Positions 10,783 through 20,617 of a stretch of 64,000 bases of DNA are shown here, piece after piece. The position numbers and the translations under genes were made by a program. Position 1 is the stretch's first letter. Each line of letters opens with the position of its first letter. Under the pieces are notes generated by a model. The model was not told the origin of the DNA. It did not search any database and saw only the letters and a list, made by a program, of their open reading frames with translations. This DNA comes from an uncultured delta proteobacterium (GTDB lineage: Bacteria; Myxococcota; Myxococcia; Myxococcales; Anaeromyxobacteraceae): the NCBI GenBank assembly GCA_963828255.1, contig CAWHDZ010000011.1, positions 128,001-192,000 on the forward strand. Reading direction: 5' to 3'.

Positions 10783-11247
10783 TCACCGCTGCGGACCCCA
10801 GTCCGCCCGCTTCTGGTCGATGGTCAGGTCCACCTGGTAGACGCGCTCGAGGACCCGGTCCAGGAACGGCAGCTCGAGGGTGCGCGGGTACTCGAAGGCG
10901 ACGTGCAATTCGGGAGGGTCCTTGGTGCGCTCCCAGAGGACGTCCTCCCTCGTGAGTTCGACCACGGGGATGCGGATCTTCCGCCCGGCCTCGTCCACGC
11001 CCGCGACGTCGTCGAGGGAGCGGATCTTCAGGATCATGTCCCGGACCAGCTTCTCGTCGTTGGGGTTCTTGATGGCCTGGTTGCCGTAGTCGCGGACCAC
11101 CTGCTTCACCTCGTAGTGGAGCACCGCGGGCGGGCCGAAGACCACCGCGGCGTAGGCCGCGCCGGCCAGTCCCAGCACGAGGAGCAACGTCACCCAGCTC
11201 GCGGCTCCGCGTTCAAGCCGCCTGGTCCGGCGAGGGGAATCGGGCAT
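10783..11247 (-). CDS. Membrane-anchored hypothetical protein (DUF4845-like)
   Basis: Basic N-terminus, then RG, a TM helix and a soluble domain ending YPRTLELPF. Lies after lepA. Alternative GTG start at 11274. Confidence 0.65.
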   Translation of the reverse strand: MPDSPRRTRRLERGAASWVTLLLVLGLAGAAYAAVVFGPPAVLHYEVKQVVRDYGNQAIKNPNDEKLVRDMILKIRSLDDVAGVDEAGRKIRIPVVELTREDVLWERTKDPPELHVAFEYPRTLELPFLDRVLERVYQVDLTIDQKRADWGPQR

Positions 11248-11276
11248 GCGGGTCGTCTCCGGTCCGTCTTGCACGG

Positions 11277-13082
11277 TCAGTCCTCCACCTTGAGCACGGC
11301 GAGGAACGCCTCCTGGGGAATCTCCACCTGGCCGACCTGCTTCATGCGCTTCTTCCCCTCCTTCTGCTTCTCGAGGAGCTTCCGCTTGCGGCTGATGTCC
11401 CCACCGTAGCACTTGGCGAGGACGTTCTTGCGGTAGGCCTTCACGGTCTCCCGGGAGATCACCTTGGCGCCGATGGCGGCCTGGATGGCGACCTCGTACA
11501 TCTGCTTGGGGATGACCTCGCGCAGCTTCTGGCAGTTGTCCCGGCCGCGCTGGTAGGCCCGCTCCCTGTGCACGATGACCGAGAGGGCGTCCACCGGCTC
11601 CCCGTTGATGAGGATGTCGAGACGGACGAGGTCGGCCTCCAGGTACCCCAGCAGCTCGTAGTCGAGCGAGGCGTAGCCCCTCGACACGCTCTTCAGCTTG
11701 TCGAAGAAGTCGAAGACCACCTCGGCGAGCGGGATCTCGTAGGTGATCTGCACGCGCTTCGTCCCGATGTACTTGAGGTCGCGCTGGACCCCTCGCCGGT
11801 CCTGGCAGAGCTTGAGGATGTTCCCCACGTCGTCGGTCCGGGCGTGGATGTGGCAGGTGAGGATGGGCTCCTCGAAGGTGGCGATCTTCTGCACCGGCGG
11901 GAGCTTGGCCGGATTGTCGATCTCCACCACTTCACCCTGGGTATTCGTGATCCGGTAGACCACCGACGGTGCGGTGGTGATGAGGGTCAGGTTGTACTCG
12001 CGCTCCAGGCGCTCCTGGACGATCTCCATGTGGAGGAGCCCGAGGTACCCGCATCGGAAGCCGAAGCCCAGCGCCTGGCTGGTCTCCGGCTCGAAGGTGA
12101 AGGCCGAGTCGTTGAGCCGCAGCTTCACGAGCGCGTCGCGCAGCTGGTCGTAGTCGGCGGCGTCCACCGGGAACACGCCGCTGAAGACCATGGGCTTCAC
12201 CACCTTGAAGCCCGGGAAGGGCTCGGAGATGGGGCGGCGCGCCTCCGTGATGGTGTCGCCCACCTTGGCGTCGAGGACCTCCTTCACGTTGGCGACCACC
12301 ACGCCCACGTCGCCGGCCTGGAGCTGCTGGACCGGCCTCGAGAAGGGGGCGAAGACTCCCAGCCCCTGCACCTCGAACTCCTTCTTGTTGGCGAAGAGCA
12401 GGATCTGCTGGCCGGGACGCAGCGTTCCCTCGAACACCCGCACCAGCATGACCACGCCCCGGTAGGTATCGTACCAGGAGTCGAAGATGATGGCCTTGAG
12501 CGGTCCCTCCGGGTCGCCGGAGGGGGGCGGGACCTTCCGCACCACCTGCTCGAGGATCTCCTCGATGCCGATGCCCTCCTTGGCGCTGGTGGGCACCGCC
12601 TCGGAGGCGTCGAGACCGATGACCTCCTCGATCTCCTGGCGGACCCCGGGCACGTCGGCGCTGGGCAGGTCGATCTTGTTGATGACCGGGATGATCTCGA
12701 GGTCGTGGTCGAGGGCCTGGTAGACGTTGGCGAGCGTCTGGGCCTCCACGCCCTGGGTCGCGTCCACCACCAGCACCGCTCCCTCGCAGGCGGCCAGCGA
12801 ACGGGACACCTCGTACGCGAAGTCCACGTGACCGGGAGTGTCGATGAGGTTGAGGATGTAGTCCTTGCCGTCCCTGGCCCGGTACGTCATCCGGATGGTC
12901 TGGGCCTTGATGGTGATGCCCCGCTCCCGCTCGAGCTCCATGTTGTCGAGGAACTGGGCCTGGGCCTCGCGGGCCGTGACCGTCCCGGTGCGCTCCAGGA
13001 GACGGTCCGCGAGCGTCGACTTGCCGTGGTCGATGTGCGCGATGATGGAGAAGTTGCGGATGTTCTGGTTCGAGTCAGCCAT
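11277..13082 (-). CDS. lepA: Elongation factor 4 LepA
   Basis: [32 protein letters not shown] and [25 protein letters not shown]. Confidence 0.98.
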   Translation of the reverse strand: MADSNQNIRNFSIIAHIDHGKSTLADRLLERTGTVTAREAQAQFLDNMELERERGITIKAQTIRMTYRARDGKDYILNLIDTPGHVDFAYEVSRSLAACEGAVLVVDATQGVEAQTLANVYQALDHDLEIIPVINKIDLPSADVPGVRQEIEEVIGLDASEAVPTSAKEGIGIEEILEQVVRKVPPPSGDPEGPLKAIIFDSWYDTYRGVVMLVRVFEGTLRPGQQILLFANKKEFEVQGLGVFAPFSRPVQQLQAGDVGVVVANVKEVLDAKVGDTITEARRPISEPFPGFKVVKPMVFSGVFPVDAADYDQLRDALVKLRLNDSAFTFEPETSQALGFGFRCGYLGLLHMEIVQERLEREYNLTLITTAPSVVYRITNTQGEVVEIDNPAKLPPVQKIATFEEPILTCHIHARTDDVGNILKLCQDRRGVQRDLKYIGTKRVQITYEIPLAEVVFDFFDKLKSVSRGYASLDYELLGYLEADLVRLDILINGEPVDALSVIVHRERAYQRGRDNCQKLREVIPKQMYEVAIQAAIGAKVISRETVKAYRKNVLAKCYGGDISRKRKLLEKQKEGKKRMKQVGQVEIPQEAFLAVLKVED

Positions 13083-13285
13083 CGGGTCGGGGCTTTCTAG
13101 CACGCGATACCGACCGAGACACCCCCCGCAATCACCGCGATGACGCTTTGCGTCACCAGCGCGCGATGCACACATCGGGGGAGGCCCGGGTGGGGACGGG
13201 ACCGGTGGCCAGGACCGCTTCCTACATTTTCTTACCCCGGGATCAGGCCAGATTCACCGGGGCTGGTACCTGTCAAGACCATACC

Positions 13286-13301
13286 CCACAATATATTGTG
13301 G
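13286..13301. promoter_or_regulatory. NrdR box
   Basis: Perfect 16-bp palindrome CCACAATATATTGTGG matching the NrdR-box consensus, upstream of an RNR gene and next to a TTGACT-N16-TATCGT promoter-like pair (13310-13337). Confidence 0.85.
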
Positions 13302-13523
13302 TTCACGCCTTGACTGCCGGATCACGGCGGATATCGTCCGCCATCACCGGACGCGTTCAGGAGGGCGACGCGGGCGGCTTGAAGAAGGCGACGGGGCGAA
13401 GGCGCCCCCCCTTGTCAGAGGCGACGGGTAAAGCCTCCGGTCCGCAGGACGGGGGCAGGGTTGGGTAACGGGGCTCGAGGGCGACCACGCTTCATGCTCC
13501 ACAAGGCATCTGGGAGGCCGGCA

Positions 13524-16310
13524 ATGATCGAGCGGGAGAGCGCGTCCGCGCAGCGTCGCGGCGCACGGCAGCAGCGCAAGGTGGCACGGAAGGGCATCAC
13601 CGTCCCCCGGTTCTTCACCACGCCGGGCGTGGACCCGGCCGAGGAGCTGGCCTGGGAGACCCGCACCGCCGGGATCACCGGTGAGGGCGGAAAGATCATC
13701 TTCGAGCAGAAGGACGTCGAGGTCCCCAAGAGCTGGTCGCTCCTCGCCACCAACGTGGTCGCTTCGAAGTACTTCCGCGGCCAGCAGGGCACCGCGCAGC
13801 GCGAGACCTCGGTGCGGCAACTGGTGGGGCGCGTGGTCCGCACCATCTCCGCCTGGGGGCGCAAGGACGGCTACTTCGCCACCGAGGCCGACGCCGAGGC
13901 CTTCGAGGCCGAGCTCGGCCACCTGGTCTACCGGCAGAAGATGAGCTTCAACTCCCCGGTCTGGTTCAACGTGGGGGTCGAGGAGCACCCCCAGTGCTCG
14001 GCCTGCTTCATCAACGCGGTCAGCGACTCGATGGACTCCATCCTGCGCCTGGCCCACACCGAGGGAATGCTCTTCAAGTACGGGTCGGGCACGGGCTCCA
14101 ACCTCTCCCGCATCCGCTCCTCCAAGGAGTACCTCTCGGGCGGCGGCGAGGCCTCCGGACCGGTCTCCTTCATGCGGGGCTTCGACGCCTTCGCGGGCGT
14201 CATCAAGTCGGGCGGCAAGACCCGGCGCGCCGCCAAGATGGTCATCCTCGACGCCGACCACCCGGACATCGAGGAGTTCGTCTCCTCCAAGGCCACCGAG
14301 GAGAAGAAGGCCTGGGCCCTCATCGAGGCCGGCTACGACGGCGGTTTCAACGTCCACGGCGGCGCCTACGACTCGGTGTTCTTCCAGAACGCCAACCACT
14401 CGGTGCGCGTCTCCGACGCCTTCATGCACGCGGTGGTGGACGACGCGGAGTGGCCGCTGCTCGCCCGCACCAACGGCAAGCCCATCAGCCGGGTCCGTGC
14501 CCGCAGCCTCATGCGGCAGATCTCCGACGCCGCCTGGCTGTGCGGCGACCCGGGGCTCCAGTTCGACACCACCGTGAACGCCTGGCACACCTGCCCGGAC
14601 ACGGCGCGCATCAACGCGTCCAACCCGTGCTCCGAGTACATGTTCCTCGACGACAGCGCCTGCAACCTGGCGTCGCTCAACCTCATGCACTTCCGCTCCA
14701 TCGAGGGCGGGTTCGACGCCGACTCCTTCCGCCGCGCGGTGGACCTCACCATCCTGGCCCAGGAGATCCTCGTCTCCAACTCCCGCTACCCCACCGAGGC
14801 CATCGGCAAGAACAGCGAGGACTACCGGCCCCTCGGGCTCGGATACGCCAACCTGGGGGCGTTCCTCATGGCCACCGGCGTGCCCTACGACTCTCCGGGA
14901 GGCCGGGCCACCGCCGCGGCCATCAGCGCGGTGATGACCGGCGAGGCCTACGCGCAGAGCGCCCGCATCGCCGCGCACAAGGGCCCCTTCAACGGCTTCC
15001 CGCAGAACCGGGCCTCCTTCCTGTCGGTGATGCGCAAGCACGCCGCGGCGGTGGACCAGATCGACGTGGGCCTGGCGGCGCCCGACCTGGTGGATGCCGC
15101 CCACCGGGCCTGGGCCGACGCGGTCGCGCTGGGCGCCCAGCACGGCTACCGGAACGCGCAGGCCACCGTGCTCGCGCCCACCGGCACCATCGGCTTCATG
15201 ATGGACTGCGACACCACCGGCATCGAGCCCGACATCGCGCTCGTGAAGTACAAGAAGCTGGTGGGCGGCGGCATGCTCAAGATCGTGAACAACACGGTCC
15301 CGCTGGCGCTGCAGCGGATCGGCTACTCCACCGGCGAGATCGGCTCCATCCTGCAGTACATCGACGAGGTGGAGACCATCGAGGGCGCCCCCGGGCTCCG
15401 CGACGAGCACCTGCCCGTCTTCGACTGCGCGTTCAAGCCGCAGAACGGCAGCCGCACCATCCACTACATGGGGCACATCCGGATGATGTCGGCGGTCCAG
15501 CCCTTCCTCTCCGGGGCCATCTCGAAGACCGTCAACATGCCCAGCGCGGCCACCTCCGAGGACATCGAGACGGCCTACCTGGAGGCCTGGAAGCTTGGGC
15601 TGAAGGCCATCGCCATCTACCGGGACGGCTGCAAGCGCAGCCAGCCGCTCAACACCGGCAAGGGAGCCGAGGCGAAGCACGAGGAGGTGCCCGCCGAGGC
15701 GCTGGCGAATCTGCAGCGGCGCCGCCTGCCGGACGAGCGCAACGCCATCACCCACAAGTTCTCCATCGGCGGCCACGAGGGCTACATGACCGTGGGCATG
15801 TACGCCGACGGCACCCCGGGCGAGCTCTTCGTCACCATGGCCAAGGAGGGCTCGGTCGTCTCCGGGCTCATGGACAGCTTCGCCACCTCCATCTCCATGG
15901 CGCTCCAGTACGGGGTTCCGCTCAAGGTGCTGGTGGACAAGTTCAGCCACACCCGCTTCGAGCCCTCCGGCTTCACCGGGAACCCGGACATCCCCATCGC
16001 CAAGTCGATCACCGACTACATCTTCCGGTGGCTGTCCCTGAAGTTCCTCCCCTCCGAGGAGGGCGTGGCCGCGGCCAAGGACCTCACGCCGGGCGCCGCA
16101 CCGGCCGCTCCGCGCCTCAAGGCGGCCGCGCGGATCGTCTCGGCCACGGCGGTGGTCTCGACGCCGGTCATCGCGCTGCCCGCGCAGGAGGACTCGCCGT
16201 TCCTGGCCCAGGCCGACGCGCCGCCGTGCCCCAACTGCGGCAGCATCACGGTGCGGAACGGGGCCTGCTACAAGTGCATGAACTGCGGGACGACCACGGG
16301 CTGTAGCTAG
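13524..16310 (+). CDS. nrdJ: Class II (adenosylcobalamin-dependent) ribonucleotide reductase
   Basis: FNSPVWFN, PQCSACFI, NPCSE, APTGTI and SGAISKTVN. C-terminal TSCPD-like domain and CPNCG...CYKCMNCG zinc ribbon. Confidence 0.95.
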   Translation: MIERESASAQRRGARQQRKVARKGITVPRFFTTPGVDPAEELAWETRTAGITGEGGKIIFEQKDVEVPKSWSLLATNVVASKYFRGQQGTAQRETSVRQLVGRVVRTISAWGRKDGYFATEADAEAFEAELGHLVYRQKMSFNSPVWFNVGVEEHPQCSACFINAVSDSMDSILRLAHTEGMLFKYGSGTGSNLSRIRSSKEYLSGGGEASGPVSFMRGFDAFAGVIKSGGKTRRAAKMVILDADHPDIEEFVSSKATEEKKAWALIEAGYDGGFNVHGGAYDSVFFQNANHSVRVSDAFMHAVVDDAEWPLLARTNGKPISRVRARSLMRQISDAAWLCGDPGLQFDTTVNAWHTCPDTARINASNPCSEYMFLDDSACNLASLNLMHFRSIEGGFDADSFRRAVDLTILAQEILVSNSRYPTEAIGKNSEDYRPLGLGYANLGAFLMATGVPYDSPGGRATAAAISAVMTGEAYAQSARIAAHKGPFNGFPQNRASFLSVMRKHAAAVDQIDVGLAAPDLVDAAHRAWADAVALGAQHGYRNAQATVLAPTGTIGFMMDCDTTGIEPDIALVKYKKLVGGGMLKIVNNTVPLALQRIGYSTGEIGSILQYIDEVETIEGAPGLRDEHLPVFDCAFKPQNGSRTIHYMGHIRMMSAVQPFLSGAISKTVNMPSAATSEDIETAYLEAWKLGLKAIAIYRDGCKRSQPLNTGKGAEAKHEEVPAEALANLQRRRLPDERNAITHKFSIGGHEGYMTVGMYADGTPGELFVTMAKEGSVVSGLMDSFATSISMALQYGVPLKVLVDKFSHTRFEPSGFTGNPDIPIAKSITDYIFRWLSLKFLPSEEGVAAAKDLTPGAAPAAPRLKAAARIVSATAVVSTPVIALPAQEDSPFLAQADAPPCPNCGSITVRNGACYKCMNCGTTTGCS

Positions 16311-16312
16311 CT

Positions 16313-16341
16313 GCGCCGGCTTCAGCCGGCGCAAGAGCGGG
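16313..16341 (+). repeat. REP-like palindrome, copy 1
   Basis: GCGCCGGC-TTCA-GCCGGCGC-AAGAGCGGG, 2 nt after the nrdJ stop. Confidence 0.85.
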
Positions 16342-16378
16342 ACCACGAAGCCGCCTCACCGCAGGGAATTGAAGACAC

Positions 16379-16413
16379 GAAGGGCGCCCGGATTCGATTC
16401 CCGGGCGCCCTTC
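16379..16413 (+). terminator. Hairpin/terminator downstream of nrdJ
   Basis: Perfect 13-bp stem GAAGGGCGCCCGG...CCGGGCGCCCTTC with a weak U tail. Confidence 0.6.
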
Positions 16414-16495
16414 TGTATCAGTCGCGCCGAACTCAGATCCGTATGCTGGCCGGGGGGCGGCGCAGGGTCGGTGATCCAGGCATGATGGGGACGCC

Positions 16496-16723
16496 ATGAA
16501 GGCACTCAAGGCACACGTCAGGGGTGGCCGGGTGGTGCTCGACGAGCCCACCGAGCTACCCGATGGGACCGAGGTCGAGTTCACGGTCGTGGAGGACGAT
16601 GACTTCGAGCCCGGTGAGCGCGCTCGCCTGGACGCCTCGTTGGAGCTGAGCGCGGCGCAGGCCAGCGCCGGGCAACTCGTCGACGGCGATGCCGTCATCC
16701 AGAACCTGCTCTCCCGGGGATGA
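16496..16723 (+). CDS. Putative type II antitoxin
   Basis: 75 aa with a beta-rich N-terminus (KAHVRGGRVVLDEPTELPDGTEVEFTV) and an acidic C-terminus. ATGA overlap with a ParE-like ORF. Confidence 0.7.
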   Translation: MKALKAHVRGGRVVLDEPTELPDGTEVEFTVVEDDDFEPGERARLDASLELSAAQASAGQLVDGDAVIQNLLSRG

Positions 16724-16917
16724 AGCTCTTCTTCACGCCCCAGGCGGAACGCCAGGCGGCGGAGATGGACTTCTGGTGGCGCGAGCACCGTCCTGGATCT
16801 CGGGACCTCTTCGCGCGAGAACTGGCCGAGGCACGGGCGCTGATCACCGGCGCCCCGGCCGCTGGCTCCACGTACACGACCAGGAGCGGAAAGCCGTATC
16901 GCCGCGTGTTCTGGTGA
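16720..16917 (+). pseudogene. RelE/ParE-family toxin, C-terminally truncated
   Basis: MKLFFTPQAERQ...WWREHRP...LFARELAEARALI...P..G resembles a ParE-like N-terminus. It stops at 65 aa, before the usual C-terminal strands. Confidence 0.65.
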
Positions 16918-16937
16918 CGTCGCAGCGACCTCGCAGG

Positions 16938-16966
16938 CCCGCTCTTGCGCCGGCTGAAGCCGGCGC
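16938..16966 (-). repeat. REP-like palindrome, copy 2
   Basis: Exact 29-bp reverse complement of copy 1. On the minus strand it begins GTAG, overlapping the TAG stop of the cupredoxin gene. Confidence 0.85.
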
Positions 16967-17310
16967 TACTCGACCACGATCTTCCCGTCCCCCATGGCCA
17001 TCGCCGTGCAGTGGAACTTCTCCACGCCCGCCTTGGCCGGCGTGATGGTGAGCGCCACCGCCTTGTTGAGCGGCAGCTCGAAGCCCTTCACCTTCTCGGC
17101 CGGGATGTCGATGGCCTTGATGCAGGTGCGGTCGGTGGTGCGCAGGAAGGAGAGCGTCACCGGCTGCCCCTTCTTGACCTTGATCTCCTTCGGCTCGAAG
17201 CCGTTCTCGGTGACCTTGATCTCGATCTTCTTCCCCGCTGGGGCGGGGGCCGGGTCGGCAGCGAGGACGGGGAGCGCGACGACGAGGGCGAGCAGTGCGG
17301 CGAGACGCAT
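16966..17310 (-). CDS. Secreted cupredoxin-domain protein
   Basis: Signal peptide, then GFEPKEIKVKKGQPVTL and FHCTAMAMGDGKIVVE. Confidence 0.85.
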   Translation of the reverse strand: MRLAALLALVVALPVLAADPAPAPAGKKIEIKVTENGFEPKEIKVKKGQPVTLSFLRTTDRTCIKAIDIPAEKVKGFELPLNKAVALTITPAKAGVEKFHCTAMAMGDGKIVVE

Positions 17311-17387
17311 TCGGGAATCCTCCAGGGTTCGAACGGGTAGACATCATAACCCCGACGGATATTCCCGCGAACCCTTCAGTGACCCCG

Positions 17388-20300
17388 TCAATGGAAGTCC
17401 CGCGAGGCCGTCCGCACCCCCTCGAGCGGCGCCAGCGGCAGGAGTTCCCTCACTTGAAGATTCACCACCTTGCCGGTGCGCTCGACGCGCCCCCGGGCGA
17501 TGAGGAAGGGGGCGTTGCGCACCAGCGGCCGGAAGCGCTCGTAGACGTCGGGCATGACCACCAGGTTGGCGATCCCGGTCTCGTCCTCCAGCGAGACGAA
17601 GGTGATCCCGGCCGCCGTCTCCGGGCGCTGCCGGACGATGACGAGGCCGCCCACCTCGACCGGCGCCCGGTTCGGCAGGCGGGAGAGCTCCCGGGCGGTG
17701 CGGGCTCCGCGGGCCGCGAGCGCCGCGCGCAGGAAGGAGACCGGGTGGGCTCTCTCGGAGAGGCCGGTGGCGGCGTAGTCCCGCGCCACCTCCTCGGCCG
17801 CGGCCGGCTCCCCGAGCGCGGCGGGCGCCTCGGGCGGCAGCCGCCCCGCGAAGAGGTCCCCTTCGTCCCCCTCCCCCCCCGGCGGGAGCCCGAGCGCCGT
17901 CCAGAGCGCGGCCCGCCGCCCCGGCGACAGCGATCGGAGCGCGGCCGCCTCGGCCAGCCGCGTGAGCCAGGCCCGCGACAGACGCGCCCGCCGCGCCAGG
18001 TCCTCCACCGAGGCGAAGGGCGCCTCCCGCCGCGCCGCCAGCACCGCCTCCCCCACCGCCCGCGGCAGCCCGCGGATGCGGGAGAGACCGAGCCGCAGCG
18101 CCGGCCGCTCCCCGGGCGCCGACGGCACCCCCGCCCCCGCCCCTTCCAGCGTGCACTCCCAGTCACTGTACGCGGCGTCGACCCCGCGCACCTCCACCCC
18201 GTTGCGCTTGGCGTCCTCCACCAGCGTGTGGGGCGCGTAGAAGCCCATGGGCTGGCTGTCGAGCAGCGCCGCCACGAAGGCGGCCGGGTGGCGCCGCTTC
18301 ATCCAGGCCGACGCGTAGACCAGCAGCGCGAAGGAGGCGGCGTGCGACTCGGGGAAGCCGTATCCGGCGAAGCCGTGGAGCTGCTCCAGGATGGCGTCGG
18401 CGTCCCTCCGCGGGATGCCCTTCGCGGCCATGCCGGCAGTGAGCCTCCCGCGCATCTCGTCGATGCGCTCGTGGGAGCGCTTGTGGGTCATGGCCCGGCG
18501 CAGCTCGTCGGCCTCTCCGGGGGTGTAGCCGGCGGCCACCACCGCGAGCCGCATGGCCTGCTCCTGGAAGAGCGGGATGCCGAGCGTGCGCTCGAGCACC
18601 GCCCGCAGCGGCTCGTAGGGGTAGCGGACCTCCTCCAGGCCGTCGCGGCGGCGCAGGAAGGGGTGGACCATGCCCCCCTGGATGGGGCCGGGGCGGATGA
18701 TGGCCACCGAGATGACGAGGTCGTAGAAGCGGCGCGGGCGAAGCCGGGGAAGCAGCGACATCTGCGCCCGCGACTCGATCTGGAAGACGCCGATGGTGTC
18801 GGCCCGGGAGATCATCTCGTAGACCTCCGGCTCCTCGGCGGGGATGGCCGCCAGCGTGGCCGGCCAGGGATTGGCGGTCGCGCCGCAGGGGGCGGGCCGG
18901 TGGCGCTCGAGCAGCGCGAGTGACCGGGAGAGCGCGGTGAGCATGCCGAGAGCCAGCAGGTCCACCTTGAGCAGCCCGAGCTCGGCCAGATCGTCCTTGT
19001 CCCACTGGACCACGGTGCGCCCGGGCATGGCGGCGGGCTGCACCGGCACGGTCTCGACGAGCGGCCGCTTCGTGATGACGAATCCGCCCACGTGGATGGA
19101 GAGGTGGCGCGGAAAGCCGGCGATCTCCGCGGCGAGGCGCAGCGCGTGGCGCACCGCCGGGGATCCCTCCGGGTCGAGCCCGGCCTGCTCGAGCACCGCC
19201 GCCGGGATCTCGCCGGCCGCGTCGTGGCTGCCGACCAGCTTCGCCAGCCGGTCCACCTGGTCGGGGGCGAGTCCCAGCGCCTTGCCGACGTCGCGGATGG
19301 CCGAGCGCGCCCGGTAGCTGATGACCTCGCAGACCATGCCGGCCCGGTCGCGCCCGTAGCGCCCGTAGACGTACTGGATGACCTCCTCGCGCCGCTCGTG
19401 CTCGAAGTCCACGTCGATGTCGGGCGGCTCGCCCCGCTCCGCCGACAGGAAACGCTCGAAGAGCAGCCCCATGCGCACCGGGTCGATGGAGGTGATGCCG
19501 AGGGCGAAGCAGACCGCCGAGTTGGCCGCGCTCCCCCGCCCCTGGCAGAGGATGCCGCGCTCCCGGGCGAAGCGGACCACGTCCCAGACGGTGAGGAAGT
19601 AGCTCTCGTAGCCGAGCTGCTCGACGAGCGCGAGCTCCCGGGCCAGCTGCCGCTCCACGTCGTCGGGAGGCGGGCCGCCGTAGCGCCAGCGCGCGCCGTC
19701 GCGCACCAGCCTCCGGAGCAGGTCCATCCCCCCCACCGGCCCGTCGCCCTCGCCGGCCGCGGCGGCGGCCGCGGCCAGCACCGGCGGGAGCGGGTGCTCG
19801 CCGCGGATCTCCTCGAGCCGGAAGGTGCAGGAGGCGGCCAGATCGGCGGCCGCCGCGAGCCCCTCCGGGAAGTCGGCCCACAGCCGCGCCATCTCCTCGG
19901 GCCCCTTCAGCGTGCGCTCGGCGTTGGGGAAGAGGCGCCGCCCCACCCGGTCGACGCTGGTGCCCAGCCGGACGCAGGTGAGGACGTCCTGCAGCGGCTG
20001 GCGGCGGCGCTCGTGGGTGTGGACGTCGTTCACCACCGCCACCGGGATGGCGAGCCGCCGCCCCACGCTGCGGACCGCGGCGATGCGCGCCTCCTCCCCG
20101 GCCACCCGGTGGCGCGACACCGTGAGCGCGAGGCGCGGACCGAAGGCTTCCTTGAGCCGCGCGGCCACCCCGGCGTCGGCGCCGGCGTGGAGGGCCACGA
20201 GGCCACGGGCCCGCTCGGCCACCGCCAGGAAGGGGAGCCGCGGCTCGGGCGGCCGGAGCACCGTCCCGTCGGGCGCCTCGCCCTCCGCGAGCGGCGCGCC

Positions 20301-20609
20301 CGCGTGGGCCTCGGTGAGCAGCCGGCAGAGCCCGGCGTACCCCTCGCGGTCCAGGGCGAGCAGGGTGAGCCCGGAGGGTCCTGGCCCGAGGCCGTCGCAG
20401 GCCACCTCGGCGCCGACGACCAGCGGGAGCCCCCGCTTGCGGGCCCTGGCGTGGGCCCGCACCACGCCGTAGAGGCCGCCGCGATCGGCCAGCGCCAGCG
20501 CCTCGAGCCCCAGGTCGGCGGCCCGGTCCACCAGCTCCTCGGGATGGCTCGCCCCTTCCAGGAAGGAGAAGCTGGACCGGCAGCGCAGCTCTGCGTAGCG
20601 GGGGGGCAT
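17388..20609 (-). CDS. dnaE2: Error-prone DNA polymerase DnaE2 (ImuC)
   Basis: YAELRCRSSFSFLEGASHPEEL, GRGSAANS, PPDIDVDFEH, GFPESHAASFA and C-terminal SRDFH. Confidence 0.96.
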   Translation of the reverse strand: MPPRYAELRCRSSFSFLEGASHPEELVDRAADLGLEALALADRGGLYGVVRAHARARKRGLPLVVGAEVACDGLGPGPSGLTLLALDREGYAGLCRLLTEAHAGAPLAEGEAPDGTVLRPPEPRLPFLAVAERARGLVALHAGADAGVAARLKEAFGPRLALTVSRHRVAGEEARIAAVRSVGRRLAIPVAVVNDVHTHERRRQPLQDVLTCVRLGTSVDRVGRRLFPNAERTLKGPEEMARLWADFPEGLAAAADLAASCTFRLEEIRGEHPLPPVLAAAAAAAGEGDGPVGGMDLLRRLVRDGARWRYGGPPPDDVERQLARELALVEQLGYESYFLTVWDVVRFARERGILCQGRGSAANSAVCFALGITSIDPVRMGLLFERFLSAERGEPPDIDVDFEHERREEVIQYVYGRYGRDRAGMVCEVISYRARSAIRDVGKALGLAPDQVDRLAKLVGSHDAAGEIPAAVLEQAGLDPEGSPAVRHALRLAAEIAGFPRHLSIHVGGFVITKRPLVETVPVQPAAMPGRTVVQWDKDDLAELGLLKVDLLALGMLTALSRSLALLERHRPAPCGATANPWPATLAAIPAEEPEVYEMISRADTIGVFQIESRAQMSLLPRLRPRRFYDLVISVAIIRPGPIQGGMVHPFLRRRDGLEEVRYPYEPLRAVLERTLGIPLFQEQAMRLAVVAAGYTPGEADELRRAMTHKRSHERIDEMRGRLTAGMAAKGIPRRDADAILEQLHGFAGYGFPESHAASFALLVYASAWMKRRHPAAFVAALLDSQPMGFYAPHTLVEDAKRNGVEVRGVDAAYSDWECTLEGAGAGVPSAPGERPALRLGLSRIRGLPRAVGEAVLAARREAPFASVEDLARRARLSRAWLTRLAEAAALRSLSPGRRAALWTALGLPPGGEGDEGDLFAGRLPPEAPAALGEPAAAEEVARDYAATGLSERAHPVSFLRAALAARGARTARELSRLPNRAPVEVGGLVIVRQRPETAAGITFVSLEDETGIANLVVMPDVYERFRPLVRNAPFLIARGRVERTGKVVNLQVRELLPLAPLEGVRTASRDFH

Positions 20610-20617
20610 GGCGCGCC

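Noticed and set aside
13340..13523. Cobalamin riboswitch upstream of nrdJ
   Set aside because: No recognisable B12-box or GCCACTG / CCCGCAACTGT core is present.
17324..17375. AGGGTTCG...CGAACCCT inverted repeat upstream of the cupredoxin gene
   Set aside because: The arms are only 8 bp with a long spacer. It could be an operator or weak hairpin, but the sequence alone does not support a call.
13524..20609. Inteins or introns in nrdJ or dnaE2
   Set aside because: Both proteins have ordinary lengths and continuous motifs, and no intein splice-junction motifs were seen.
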